Shown here piece after piece: positions 9,432 through 18,032 of a stretch of DNA of 64,000 nucleotides. Origin of the DNA: a virus (Duplodnaviria; Caudoviricetes). The DNA is taken from positions 6,786 to 70,785 of IMG/VR virus record IMGVR_UViG_3300031965_000014. The stretch is one strand, 5' to 3'. The translations under genes were made by a program, and so were the position numbers. How positions within the stretch are numbered: the stretch's first letter is position 1; each line of letters begins with the position of its first letter. Below the pieces are notes generated by a model, which searched no databases, was not told where the DNA came from, and was given only the letters and a program-made list of their open reading frames with translations.

Positions 9432-10385
9432 CTACGCGACCGCTCTCAACCGCCGCGGCGATCCGGTCGGGATGATGATCGCCGTACCCTCGTTTACTTC
9501 GGCAAGCAGCCGCGGCCCATACTTCCTGACCGTGTCGGCCTTGATGACGAATTCCCCACCCTCGGCCTCGATCGGCACTCCGCCCTCTGGGTGGGACGGC
9601 CCGCGCACCTCGCCGCCCTTCTCGAAGTCGGCGTATCCAGAGTTGACGAATGGCGTCGAGTTGTAGGAATTGGACAGCGCCGTTTGCGGTGGCACGGTGC
9701 TCGCGGGCTTGAAGAAGCGCTCGCCGATGCCCCCAATTGCTTGGCCGATCGCCGTCCGCGCAGTTTGGTCCTGCTGATACTGCTGACCGGCGATGGTGTT
9801 CAGTGTGCCGGCGGCCGAAAGCAGATTCCTGGAAGGGTCCGTGGTCGAGACGTTCGGATTGAAGCCACGCGCCTGTCCTGCCACCCGGATGCGCTGTTCC
9901 TGGCCGCGCACCCGTTCGCCCTCGCGCGCATGGGTAGCGGCGCTGGCGAGCGTGGCGGCGTTCGCGGCGTCCGCCGATCGGCTCCCAGCCGTGTAGGCCG
10001 GGTCGCCAGGCTTGATCCCGAGCGAGGTCAACGTGCGCGCGCGGGTGGCCCCGGTCGCGTCGATCGCGGCGTGGGCATCGGAAGCAGCGCGGGCGGCAGC
10101 CGCGTCCTGCTCCTCTTGCAAACCGGCGACCGCAGCCTCGTCGATGACCTGGAGCTGAAGCGGGAGCTCCTTCTGCGCAAGCTCTTCGCCGCGGCCGATC
10201 GCCGCGATGCCGGCCTCGAGCCCTCGCTTGCGGAATGGCTCCTCCATGGCGAACTGGCGCTCCGTCAATTCAACGCTCCGTAGTGCTGACTGTTCAGATG
10301 CCGTACCGGCGCTGCTGCCGCCGCCGCCGCTTCCAGACGCGATGACGGCACCAGCAACGATTGCGAAACTTGTGGGGTCACACAT
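9432..10385 (-). CDS. Internal virion/ejection protein (MCDP-start, gp14-like)
   Basis: N-terminal MCDP followed by a hydrophobic/Gly stretch; Ala-rich; C-terminal GGEVRGPSHPEGGVPIEAEGGEFVI motif. Confidence 0.65.
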   Translation of the reverse strand: MCDPTSFAIVAGAVIASGSGGGGSSAGTASEQSALRSVELTERQFAMEEPFRKRGLEAGIAAIGRGEELAQKELPLQLQVIDEAAVAGLQEEQDAAAARAASDAHAAIDATGATRARTLTSLGIKPGDPAYTAGSRSADAANAATLASAATHAREGERVRGQEQRIRVAGQARGFNPNVSTTDPSRNLLSAAGTLNTIAGQQYQQDQTARTAIGQAIGGIGERFFKPASTVPPQTALSNSYNSTPFVNSGYADFEKGGEVRGPSHPEGGVPIEAEGGEFVIKADTVRKYGPRLLAEVNEGTAIIIPTGSPRRLRAVA

Positions 10386-10851
10386 GGCCTACCTCCGTGA
10401 TGTACAAGCGGTAGAGCGGCCGAAAACCTGCGGCCGTCAGGAATTCATCGCCCTTGTCAGCGCGCTCTGTCGAGAGGCGGTTGATCGCAAAGATCAGGTA
10501 GTCACAGCAATTTTCGGCCGCCCACTTTTTCGCAGCACTGACCAAGGCAGACGCAGCACCGGGAGACTTCTTCTTCACGTACCATAGATACTCGCTCGCA
10601 TAGTTGGCCGTCTTGCACATGCCCCAGCCATGACGGATAAGCCCTAGCACGCCGATCAGCTCGTCATCTTTCAGGAGAACGAGTGTCGTCGATGCTGGGT
10701 TCGAGGCCATGGTCGCGAAGGTCTCGATCAGCTTCTCCGGGATCGGGTCGAATTTCAGCCCGTCCGGGTTCATTTCGGCGATCCACTCCTCCATGAGCGG
10801 GCGGAAGCGCTCGAAGTCGGAAGGGTCCGCCTTGCGCACATGGAACGTCAC
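10378..10851 (-). CDS. GNAT-fold acetyltransferase-like virion-associated protein
   Basis: 157 aa with GNAT-like pattern (LIGVLG..EYLWYVKK..GAASALVSAAKKWA..GF); located between the nozzle and ejection genes. Confidence 0.65.
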   Translation of the reverse strand: MTFHVRKADPSDFERFRPLMEEWIAEMNPDGLKFDPIPEKLIETFATMASNPASTTLVLLKDDELIGVLGLIRHGWGMCKTANYASEYLWYVKKKSPGAASALVSAAKKWAAENCCDYLIFAINRLSTERADKGDEFLTAAGFRPLYRLYITEVGHV

Positions 10852-11150
10852 GAGCCCACCTGTTCACCGCGAAGCTGCGCCACGAGATAGTTGTATGCCG
10901 TGGTCAGGTTCTCGAGGTCCTCGACGGCCTTGTCGAATTCCGCTTTTGTCGGTGGATCGACTGCGGCCACGGCAGATTGCTGCTCGACATCGGCCACGCG
11001 CATATCACCGAACTTCACCGCCTGCGAGAGTTTGTCGATGCCACGCAACCCGGCGAGCGAATCGAGGTTCTGCTTGATCGCCTGCAGGATAGGGGTCAAC
11101 CCATGCGGCAAGCCGCTCGGGATCTCCGGGATCTGGGCAAAGCGGCTCAT
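10848..11150 (-). CDS. Hypothetical virion protein
   Basis: 100 aa, coupled by overlap to both neighbours. Confidence 0.6.
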   Translation of the reverse strand: MSRFAQIPEIPSGLPHGLTPILQAIKQNLDSLAGLRGIDKLSQAVKFGDMRVADVEQQSAVAAVDPPTKAEFDKAVEDLENLTTAYNYLVAQLRGEQVGS

Positions 11151-13198
11151 ACGCGCTCCAGGGATTTGACCGTCTCGCCGAGCACCACACGATGGACGAC
11201 GACGTTACCAGCGAGCCCTATCTCGACCGTATCCACCTTGTAGCCGTCTTTCAAACGAAACGGCTTCTTGAGGTTCGTGATGTTCCTGCTGAAGCGGAGC
11301 TTGCGGTCTGCAAACAGCGTGAAGGTCAATTGCTGCAGGCCAGCGGTCGACGGCGCCGTCTGCAGCAAACTCCCATTCAAGACCATCTCATTGAGAACGA
11401 CGCTGTGCATGTCGCCATTCGTCTCCCCGGCCGGGATCGCGCTATTCGCGGCGATGATCGAAGCGGCGAGCGCCTCGATCTCCGCTACCTCGCCCGCGCT
11501 CAGGTCGAACTCCGCATCGACCTTCGCCGCGCCGTAGTTGGCTGGCTTTGGCAACACGATCACCTTGGAGCGGTAGTCCATGATGAGACGGATGGCCATA
11601 TCCGCGTCCCACTGTTTGATCTCGTTGCCGTGCAGAACGTAGAGATCTCCGGTCCGCTTGTCGTAATACCCGCCCACGATCGGGATGTTGGAGGTGGCAA
11701 GGCCGCCAATGTTGTTCTCGCGATCGAGGAGGAACGTACCGCCGACATCATTCCCATCGTCATCCTGGCCGGAAGTGAACGCACCGAAGTAGCGATCGGC
11801 GAACTGAAACGCGCGTAGCGTGGACGGGAAGATCGCCGCCCAAGTGTCGCGATCATGGTAGGGGACAGTCGCAACGGTCGTGCCGCCTTCGCTCACCATC
11901 ACGAGGCCCTCGGCCGACGGATAGAACACTGCGTATCCGAGGCTCACCATGCCGCGCTTCGAGAGGCACGGATGATTGATCTTGGTCAGTTTGTTCTCGG
12001 CCATCGTGGCTGGGTGCGACCCGGAATAGACGACCGGGTTGCCATTGGTGCCGATCACGAGGCTCGCGCCCACGACGCCAGTCCCGACACCTGAAAACGG
12101 CATCGTGCGGCGATACTTCTCTGGCCAGGCGTGCGTGAAATAGGGCTCGCTGAAACACACTTCGTTGCTCGAGACCCCGGCGAGGATGCCGTTGCCCATG
12201 TCGACGATGGCCTTCATATCGATAGGCGGCATGTCCCAATCGAGGCTGGGAATCGCCTCGTTCAGCGCAACCGCTGCATCGGTCTCGGTGTCGGCGTAGG
12301 TCGTATCCACCTCATCTATTTCGGCGACGAAGCGATAAAACGCTCCGGCGTTGCCGATGACGGTGCGGTAGATCCGCTTCTTGAGAACGTCGTGGTTCGT
12401 CTTCGCGGTGATGGTCCCGGTCGCAGGCGAGGCCGGCGTGCCGCTCACCGTGTAGCTGAACTGCGTATCGGAGATCCGCGTGATCTCGAACGTGCCGTTG
12501 TATTCGGTCTCGACTGCTCCTGCGATGATGACGCGGTCTTTGTCGGTAAACCAGTTCACATAGCCGGCCGGAATCGTCACCGTCGCTACTGCCCCTACCC
12601 GGGTGATCGACGAGACCGGCACCACCCAGCGCGGGATACTGGTGAGATTGATCGTCTCCCCGGACATCGCGGAGATGATGGCCGAAGGCGTGGACGGCGC
12701 GCTCTCGTCAGTCTTGCCGCTCGCCCAGGCGTGGACGAAAGTCACAAGGTAGACGCGATCGCGCGCCGTGCCGGATCCTCCGCCGCCAGAAGCCAGGCTC
12801 GGTGCGGTGATCGGCGCAGGCACGCCCAGGCGCCACCAGTCCGTGGGCTTCGGAGTCCCGCCAGTGGCGAGTGTGAAATCGGTGGTCTTCGGCGAGCCGT
12901 AGCCGGTGAAGCAAATCCGCTGCGTGATGTCGCCGGCGATCAGGGACTCGACCACGTCTACGTCCTCGACCCATTCCAGCCACACGAGGGCCCCACCGCT
13001 GTCGCGCATCGGGTAGATCGACTGCACCGTGCCGCTCTTCGCCAGGCCGGATGCCGTCTTCATCCCAAACCACGGTTTCAGCTTCCCGTCGAAGAGCTTG
13101 CAGTTGAACGCCTGCTGCGCGTACCCGGCCGGCAGCAGGCGAGGGCTGAACTTCGGCGCCTCGCCGCGGAAGAAGTCCAGGACGATCGGGTCGGCCAT
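11147..13198 (-). CDS. Tail nozzle / DNA-stabilisation-like protein (683 aa)
   Basis: True start is MADPIVLDFFRGEAP at 13198 (TGATG overlap with the upstream gene). Beta-rich; contains CFSEPY..HAWP; position fits a podovirus tail gene. Confidence 0.7.
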   Translation of the reverse strand: MADPIVLDFFRGEAPKFSPRLLPAGYAQQAFNCKLFDGKLKPWFGMKTASGLAKSGTVQSIYPMRDSGGALVWLEWVEDVDVVESLIAGDITQRICFTGYGSPKTTDFTLATGGTPKPTDWWRLGVPAPITAPSLASGGGGSGTARDRVYLVTFVHAWASGKTDESAPSTPSAIISAMSGETINLTSIPRWVVPVSSITRVGAVATVTIPAGYVNWFTDKDRVIIAGAVETEYNGTFEITRISDTQFSYTVSGTPASPATGTITAKTNHDVLKKRIYRTVIGNAGAFYRFVAEIDEVDTTYADTETDAAVALNEAIPSLDWDMPPIDMKAIVDMGNGILAGVSSNEVCFSEPYFTHAWPEKYRRTMPFSGVGTGVVGASLVIGTNGNPVVYSGSHPATMAENKLTKINHPCLSKRGMVSLGYAVFYPSAEGLVMVSEGGTTVATVPYHDRDTWAAIFPSTLRAFQFADRYFGAFTSGQDDDGNDVGGTFLLDRENNIGGLATSNIPIVGGYYDKRTGDLYVLHGNEIKQWDADMAIRLIMDYRSKVIVLPKPANYGAAKVDAEFDLSAGEVAEIEALAASIIAANSAIPAGETNGDMHSVVLNEMVLNGSLLQTAPSTAGLQQLTFTLFADRKLRFSRNITNLKKPFRLKDGYKVDTVEIGLAGNVVVHRVVLGETVKSLERV

Positions 13199-13425
13199 CA
13201 GGGTGCCAGCGCCTTCAATTCCGCTGCCAGGGCGATCGTGCGCTCCGCATCCGCGATCCTGTTGTCCAACATCTTCTTCATCGCCGCCGGGATGTCTTCG
13301 GGCGCCGTGACCTCGATCAAGGGGGCGAGCTCGGTGTCGATGATGTTGGTGCGGTGGGCATTGAGGATGGTGTACTGCACCGCCCCGCGAACGATTTCCA
13401 GAATGAGGGCTTTCTCGAGGCTCAT
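13198..13425 (-). CDS. Hypothetical protein (75 aa)
   Basis: Coupled at both ends; normal codon usage. Confidence 0.6.
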   Translation of the reverse strand: MSLEKALILEIVRGAVQYTILNAHRTNIIDTELAPLIEVTAPEDIPAAMKKMLDNRIADAERTIALAAELKALAP

Positions 13426-13820
13426 GGCTTGGCTTTCCTTTCGCTCTCTGCCAGCTCGTTCTCGAGCAGGTTGAGTAGCAGTTCAACCGCTTTGGCTTGA
13501 TTCTCGGCCTTGGCGATGTCGCCCAGGTCGAGCGCCGTCTGCGCCTTGGCGATGGCGTCCCTGTGCTCCTTCACCTTGATCAGCTTCAGCGCGGCCTCCT
13601 TGGGTGTGATGACGTCGCGATTCATCTTCGACACGATGTCGTCCACCATGGCCAAGGCGAGCAGCGTCGCCTCATTGATGACGTTCTGCACTTGCTGGGC
13701 TGGCGCCGAGAGCTGCTTGGAGACCGGGATCTCGGCTGGCTTGGGCTGCATGATGCCGCAGCCGCCCAGCGCCATGCTTGCGCACAGCGCCAGGGCGGTA
13801 AGTAGTTTGGAGGCTTTCAT
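13422..13820 (-). CDS. Lipoprotein in the lysis cassette (spanin-like role possible)
   Basis: MKASKLLTALALCASMALGGC lipobox, followed by amphipathic helices. Confidence 0.7.
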   Translation of the reverse strand: MKASKLLTALALCASMALGGCGIMQPKPAEIPVSKQLSAPAQQVQNVINEATLLALAMVDDIVSKMNRDVITPKEAALKLIKVKEHRDAIAKAQTALDLGDIAKAENQAKAVELLLNLLENELAESERKAKP

Positions 13821-13830
13821 GTGCCCTCCG

Positions 13831-13998
13831 CTACTTCACCGAGCTCACGCCAGCACGCAGCGTGGCCAGTCCAAGCCCTTCCAGCGAACGCACCACGGTA
13901 TCGGCCAGAGACAGCTCGCCGGTCAGGAATGCGACTACGGCGCTGACCACTACACCAACAGCGACGACGTACGTTTTCTTGCCAGATAGAAATTGCAT
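13831..13998 (-). CDS. Small holin-like membrane protein (55 aa)
   Basis: Below the ORF-track size. AAGGAGG SD; MQFLSGKKTYVVAVGVVVSAVVAFLTGELSLADTVVRSLEGLGLATLRAGVSSVK; next to the endolysin. Confidence 0.65.
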   Translation of the reverse strand: MQFLSGKKTYVVAVGVVVSAVVAFLTGELSLADTVVRSLEGLGLATLRAGVSSVK

Positions 13999-14014
13999 GA
14001 CTACCTCCTTGTAG

Positions 14015-14446
14015 CTATGGATAGAACGTGCGCTTGCCGGAGCCAGGCGCGCGCGTGGTCAGGTGCGTCCAACCCGGCGTTGCGGTCGGGTGCTCCCTGT
14101 AAAGACCGTACTGCTCGAGCTTCGTGTTTCCGCCATCGCCGACCTCGAACTTGTCGAGCCAATTGTCCAGCCGGTCCTTGGGGTCGAAAGGATCGACACC
14201 AGTCGCTCCACGATGACTCGAAAGTTTGCCGCCCGTACGGGAACCTGGCGTGCGAAAGCCGCCATCGCCGTCGCCACCATTCTTGCCGCTGATCTCGGTC
14301 CCGGTGTCCGGGTCGATCTCGCGCTCGAACTCGCCGGCTGTCACGGCTTCGTCGATCAGGGCATTGGAGCGCCGGATCAGATCCTCGGCGGCCGCCGACT
14401 GTTCGGGGCTGTGCGGCTTGCGGAAATAGTCCTCGCTTGACATCAT
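14015..14446 (-). CDS. Endolysin, peptidase M15-type (Zn D,L-peptidase)
   Basis: GGFR..SSHRGATGVD (SxH..D) and PGWTHL Zn-ligand motifs; ends RTFYP. Confidence 0.75.
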   Translation of the reverse strand: MMSSEDYFRKPHSPEQSAAAEDLIRRSNALIDEAVTAGEFEREIDPDTGTEISGKNGGDGDGGFRTPGSRTGGKLSSHRGATGVDPFDPKDRLDNWLDKFEVGDGGNTKLEQYGLYREHPTATPGWTHLTTRAPGSGKRTFYP

Positions 14447-14448
14447 CT

Positions 14449-14733
14449 TTACTTACCTCTCTGCACTTTGCGCATGTTCTCGAGACGGCCACGGAGATAG
14501 TTCAGGTGGTTGATCTCCGCAGCGGTCAAATTCTCCTTTCGCTCGAGCGCCGCGATCTGCGCGACCAGATCCTCCATCTGCTTGTCGAGCAGGTAGTCCA
14601 CCTGGGCGCCGACCAGCAGGATCTCCTGCTTGCTGGCGAAGTTATCTGCCAAGTAGCCGCGCGCGTGCCAGCCGCCAAACGCGAGCCCGGCGACCAGAAG
14701 GGACAGCAGCCCGGTGAGTAACTTGCTAATCAT
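14449..14733 (-). CDS. Single-TM coiled-coil protein (lysis-associated)
   Basis: N-terminal hydrophobic helix plus coiled coil; adjacent to the endolysin. Confidence 0.6.
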   Translation of the reverse strand: MISKLLTGLLSLLVAGLAFGGWHARGYLADNFASKQEILLVGAQVDYLLDKQMEDLVAQIAALERKENLTAAEINHLNYLRGRLENMRKVQRGK

Positions 14734-14735
14734 GG

Positions 14736-15149
14736 TCAGCCTCCTTTGCTCTGCTGGGACATCTGCCGCACCGCCTCGACGCGCTTTTCAACTTCGTCCC
14801 GCGTCGGGCGTTTGCCCAGCTCGGTCAAGAGCGACGTGTGGATGCCGTGCAGCGTGGTGGTCTGCTCCTTGAGCGCGCCGAGTACCTCGTGGTGCATATC
14901 GACATCACGCTGGATGTGACCGTTGAGATCCGCGTACACGCCCCTGATGTCCTCGCGGCGGTGGTCCTCGGCCTGCGCCGCTGCTTCAGCGGCCGCGCGC
15001 GCGTGCTCGTGCGCCATGTTGATGCGCTTGCTGAGGCCGCTGTAGACCTGCCTGCTCAGCCAGCCAAGCACCACGAGGATGCCAGCAGCCACGGAGCCGA
15101 CGAATCCGCTGTGCTGCTCGGCTGATTTCAGGAGGGCGATGATGTCCAT
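14736..15149 (-). CDS. Single-TM protein (holin/antiholin-like)
   Basis: One TM segment (residues ~14-32) followed by a charged helix. Confidence 0.55.
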   Translation of the reverse strand: MDIIALLKSAEQHSGFVGSVAAGILVVLGWLSRQVYSGLSKRINMAHEHARAAAEAAAQAEDHRREDIRGVYADLNGHIQRDVDMHHEVLGALKEQTTTLHGIHTSLLTELGKRPTRDEVEKRVEAVRQMSQQSKGG

Positions 15150-15197
15150 TTAGGCTGTACCGCCGTTCATCAGTTAGTCACCGTTGGCGATGAGGGC

Positions 15198-15225
15198 TTG
15201 CCATTCCCGGTGATCGGCGTATGTT
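15198..15225 (+). promoter_or_regulatory. Candidate sigma70 promoter of the antisense moron
   Basis: TTGCCA-N16-TATGTT, ending 8 nt before the ATG at 15234; no SD, so possibly leaderless. Confidence 0.4.
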
Positions 15226-15233
15226 CCTGTGGC

Positions 15234-15542
15234 ATGAGGCTAGTTATCATGCTGTCCTTGATCGTTTCTGGCTGCGCGTCCGCACCGTATTGGGAACGCA
15301 CATGGGAAGGCGCACTCACCACGAGAATCATCTACGTCGACGTGATCGCGGGCAGCGGGGATTGGGGCCACGTCAACGGTTGGGCGTCGTGCGACAAGAT
15401 CAAGCGTCATTGCGACCTGTTCATCTACTCCGGCGCACAGAATCGGCAATGCACCGAAGCGCATGAGCGGAAACACGCGGCCGGATTCGATCATCCGAAG
15501 CATCGCGCCAGTCTAGATTGCGTGTTCATGCGGGCTTTCTAG
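15234..15542 (+). CDS. Antisense moron: small lipoprotein with metzincin motif (102 aa)
   Basis: MRLVIMLSLIVSGC lipobox; HERKHAAGFDH matches HExxHxxGxxH; the only convincing + strand gene in the late arm. Confidence 0.65.
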   Translation: MRLVIMLSLIVSGCASAPYWERTWEGALTTRIIYVDVIAGSGDWGHVNGWASCDKIKRHCDLFIYSGAQNRQCTEAHERKHAAGFDHPKHRASLDCVFMRAF

Positions 15543-16372
15543 TCGCTCGGGCTCGTCGAGGCAGCGTCGAGCGTGCCGGTGATCGTCCAAGGCCCCCCGC
15601 CAGTACCTCGATTGATTGCAAAGTTCGCTACTGCCTCTCCGTCGTTCAAATGATGGTAGATGAGCGGCGCAGTTCCAGTTGGCGACGCTCCAGTTGTTCC
15701 TAGACCTACAGGCTTACCAATCGCAGAGATGAATCTGCGACGATTGGCGACGACGGAGAAATCTAGGTATTGGCCAGGAGCGAAATAAAACTCAGCCAGA
15801 CAGCCATTTATCCTATTGAAAGTGGGCGGGAAAACTCCTATCCACCAGTCACCAACCGTGTAATCTATCGTGTCGTTTGTCAGTGTAGTGACCGTGAGAT
15901 CACTGGCATCATTCGTATAAAGATGCGCAGCGGCAGCAGCTAAATCCCACGAGCACAAGAAATGCCACCATGTTGCGCCCGATGAGTAACTGGCTGTACT
16001 GGTAATGTCGAGGATATTGGTGGCAGAGGTATTCCGAGCGACTACTCGTATAGGAGAAGAACCTCCCCAATTGGCGAAGAACCTCACCGTGCCGCCACCT
16101 AAGGTTGTCTCTCCGTTAATGAAATTGCCAACCTGATTGGCATCAAAACGAACCCAAAACGACAGGATTCCGGTTTTACTGTCTAACGCGCCTGTTAAAC
16201 CAGCGCCGAGTCGCATGTTGTCGTTGAAGCCGTCGAAGTCGGCAGCATCTATCTTGAACGGGGTCTTCATAAACCCCATCGGCGTGAAGAACCCGCGCTG
16301 CTTGAACCACGAGCGCGGCATGCTTCTACTGCGCGGCGGCGTCCAGAGCTTGCGGTCAGGCTTCAGGATCAT
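15539..16372 (-). CDS. ConA/LamG-like lectin-domain tail-associated protein (277 aa), low-GC body
   Basis: Start MILKPDRKLWTPP overlaps the upstream stop. AADFDG..SFWVRF..WWHFLCSWD..NGCLAEFYF is a LamG-like pattern. Confidence 0.65.
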   Translation of the reverse strand: MILKPDRKLWTPPRSRSMPRSWFKQRGFFTPMGFMKTPFKIDAADFDGFNDNMRLGAGLTGALDSKTGILSFWVRFDANQVGNFINGETTLGGGTVRFFANWGGSSPIRVVARNTSATNILDITSTASYSSGATWWHFLCSWDLAAAAAHLYTNDASDLTVTTLTNDTIDYTVGDWWIGVFPPTFNRINGCLAEFYFAPGQYLDFSVVANRRRFISAIGKPVGLGTTGASPTGTAPLIYHHLNDGEAVANFAINRGTGGGPWTITGTLDAASTSPSD

Positions 16373-17283
16373 TGGAGGGCCTGCACTTGGAGCAAGGAGC
16401 CCGCGGCGCCGATGCTGATGTGACACCTGAACTTGTGGCCGTTCGTAGTGGTGAAGGCATCGCCGGTGACGAAGGTAAAGCCGCTCGTCGTGATCGCCCC
16501 GGCAGAGGCGTTGTTCGTGATGTCGAGGAGGTAGCTTCCTACGTTGGCCGAGGGCGCCAGCGTGTGCGCCCCGCCGTTGACGTAGTGCTGCATCGGTCGG
16601 TCGCCCGGGTCCGGCGTCACGGTGCCGGTGGTCTTCGTACCGAGATCCTTCGAGGTCACGATGACGCCGCCGCTCAAGACCTGATCCTCGGTATCCAGGC
16701 TTGCATTGTTCGGCACGTTGAGCAAGATCATGTCGGTGCCGTCGTAGTGGAGTATTCCGATGATGCCGGCCTTGATCTCTCCCGCGGTGAGCGCGCCACC
16801 ACCTAATTTCTTGATCGTCTTTGCGCCATAGCTGTTCAGATTCAGCGTAGGAGCGGAGACCGTGTTCGCGTTCGGGAACTTGAAGAAGTAGATTTGATCC
16901 GTGTTGTAGCCGTTCGGCACCGGGTCGAGGTTGCCGGTGTAGGTGTCCGTGCCAGAGCCGATGACCGCGTCAATGGCCTCCTGGTCGATCGCCTCAAGCA
17001 TGACGTTGCACGGGCGCAGCTCGAACCGATCACCAGCGCTGTAGGCGAGCCCCGTGGTGCCGTCCTGGCCGCGCACCGCCGTCAGCACGTCCCCGGAGAG
17101 CGCCGTCACCTTCACCACCTCGAGGTTGTTCGAGGCATCGGCGAGCGTCCCGTAGAAGTAGTCGGACGCGCCCAGCGTCGGGAAGCGTGCGCCGTGCGTC
17201 GCGGTCAGCGTGATCGAGGTCTGGCTGTTCGTGATCCCGGAGGCGAGCGTCCCGGCCGCGTTGTTCTTCGTCTTCAGTCCCAT
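16369..17283 (-). CDS. Tail fibre/tail protein
   Basis: N-terminal NNAAGTLASGITNSQTSITL..EVVKVT..RGQDGT, typical of podovirus fibre N-termini; G/T-rich beta repeats. Confidence 0.7.
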   Translation of the reverse strand: MGLKTKNNAAGTLASGITNSQTSITLTATHGARFPTLGASDYFYGTLADASNNLEVVKVTALSGDVLTAVRGQDGTTGLAYSAGDRFELRPCNVMLEAIDQEAIDAVIGSGTDTYTGNLDPVPNGYNTDQIYFFKFPNANTVSAPTLNLNSYGAKTIKKLGGGALTAGEIKAGIIGILHYDGTDMILLNVPNNASLDTEDQVLSGGVIVTSKDLGTKTTGTVTPDPGDRPMQHYVNGGAHTLAPSANVGSYLLDITNNASAGAITTSGFTFVTGDAFTTTNGHKFRCHISIGAAGSLLQVQALQ

Positions 17284-17293
17284 TGCGTTCTCC

Positions 17294-18022
17294 TTACGAG
17301 ATCGTCAGCGTCCAGGTGATCGTCATGGAATCGGCCGCACCCTTGTTGACCACCGAGAACGTCGACCGATTCGTCATGACGTCCTGGTAGAGCGTCAGCG
17401 TGCCGTTCGCACCTACCGCAGTGGTGTAGAAGGTGAAGGTGTCGGCGGTCGGCACGGTCTGGATCGTCGCCCCGCCGTTCAGGCCGGTGTCGGTCGCCGC
17501 GGCGATGCCGATCGCGCGGTCAACCGCCAGGCCGTGCGTGGTCTTCGTGACCGTCACCGTGTTGGTGGACCTGGTGTACGCCAGGCCGGCGGCGGCCGCG
17601 GCGGTGCCGTTGAAGAGGCCGGCCTCCACCAGAGCGCCGGTGCCAACGCCTGCGGGGAAGGTGCAGACGTAGATGGCCTCGTTGTTGCGCACCGTGGTCG
17701 AGGCGAGGGCCGTTCGGCTGGACCCCACTTCGGCGATAAGCGCTGCCTGCGCGGCGGCCGCCGCGCTGCCGTCGGTGCCAACCGCCATGTGAGTCGGGGC
17801 CGCGGTCGCCACCCCCTTGAGGCGCGAGGCAATTGTGCTCTTGCCGGAATTGACGACCAGGTTCTCGAATTCCCGGCGATCCTTCAGTTTGCCGCGCGGA
17901 TCGAACAGGTCGATGCGCACGTGGCCCCTGATATTGAACGCATCTCGAATGCCGCCCGGGATCTGGCCGAGAGGCACCATGAGGCCCTGTTTGTTTTCGA
18001 TGAATGCGTGGCGTTCGATCAT
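17294..18022 (-). CDS. Virion structural (tail) protein
   Basis: ENLVVNSG..HMAVGT..EAGLFN..VNKGAADSMTITWTL, with an inserted beta domain. Confidence 0.65.
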   Translation of the reverse strand: MIERHAFIENKQGLMVPLGQIPGGIRDAFNIRGHVRIDLFDPRGKLKDRREFENLVVNSGKSTIASRLKGVATAAPTHMAVGTDGSAAAAAQAALIAEVGSSRTALASTTVRNNEAIYVCTFPAGVGTGALVEAGLFNGTAAAAAGLAYTRSTNTVTVTKTTHGLAVDRAIGIAAATDTGLNGGATIQTVPTADTFTFYTTAVGANGTLTLYQDVMTNRSTFSVVNKGAADSMTITWTLTIS

Positions 18023-18032
18023 GTCGTGCCCC

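Noticed and set aside
417-10283. Long + strand ORFs (417-2261, 2289-4814, 5313-6320, 6348-10283)
   Set aside because: Antisense shadows of the giant and ejection genes. Stop-poor GC-rich DNA produces them; they are R/G/L/V-rich with no motifs or RBS.
13199-13486. N-terminal extension of the 779-aa track ORF
   Set aside because: Overlaps two real genes; the coupled start at 13198 is better. The same applies to track extensions of 35318-36211, 48427-49641, 28292-31189, 25122-26582 and 53673-55250.
15150-15240. Minus-strand peptide-like remnant (..GTYADHREWQALIANGD*)
   Set aside because: No start codon; bounded by a stop and overlapping the moron promoter. Cannot be supported as a gene or pseudogene.
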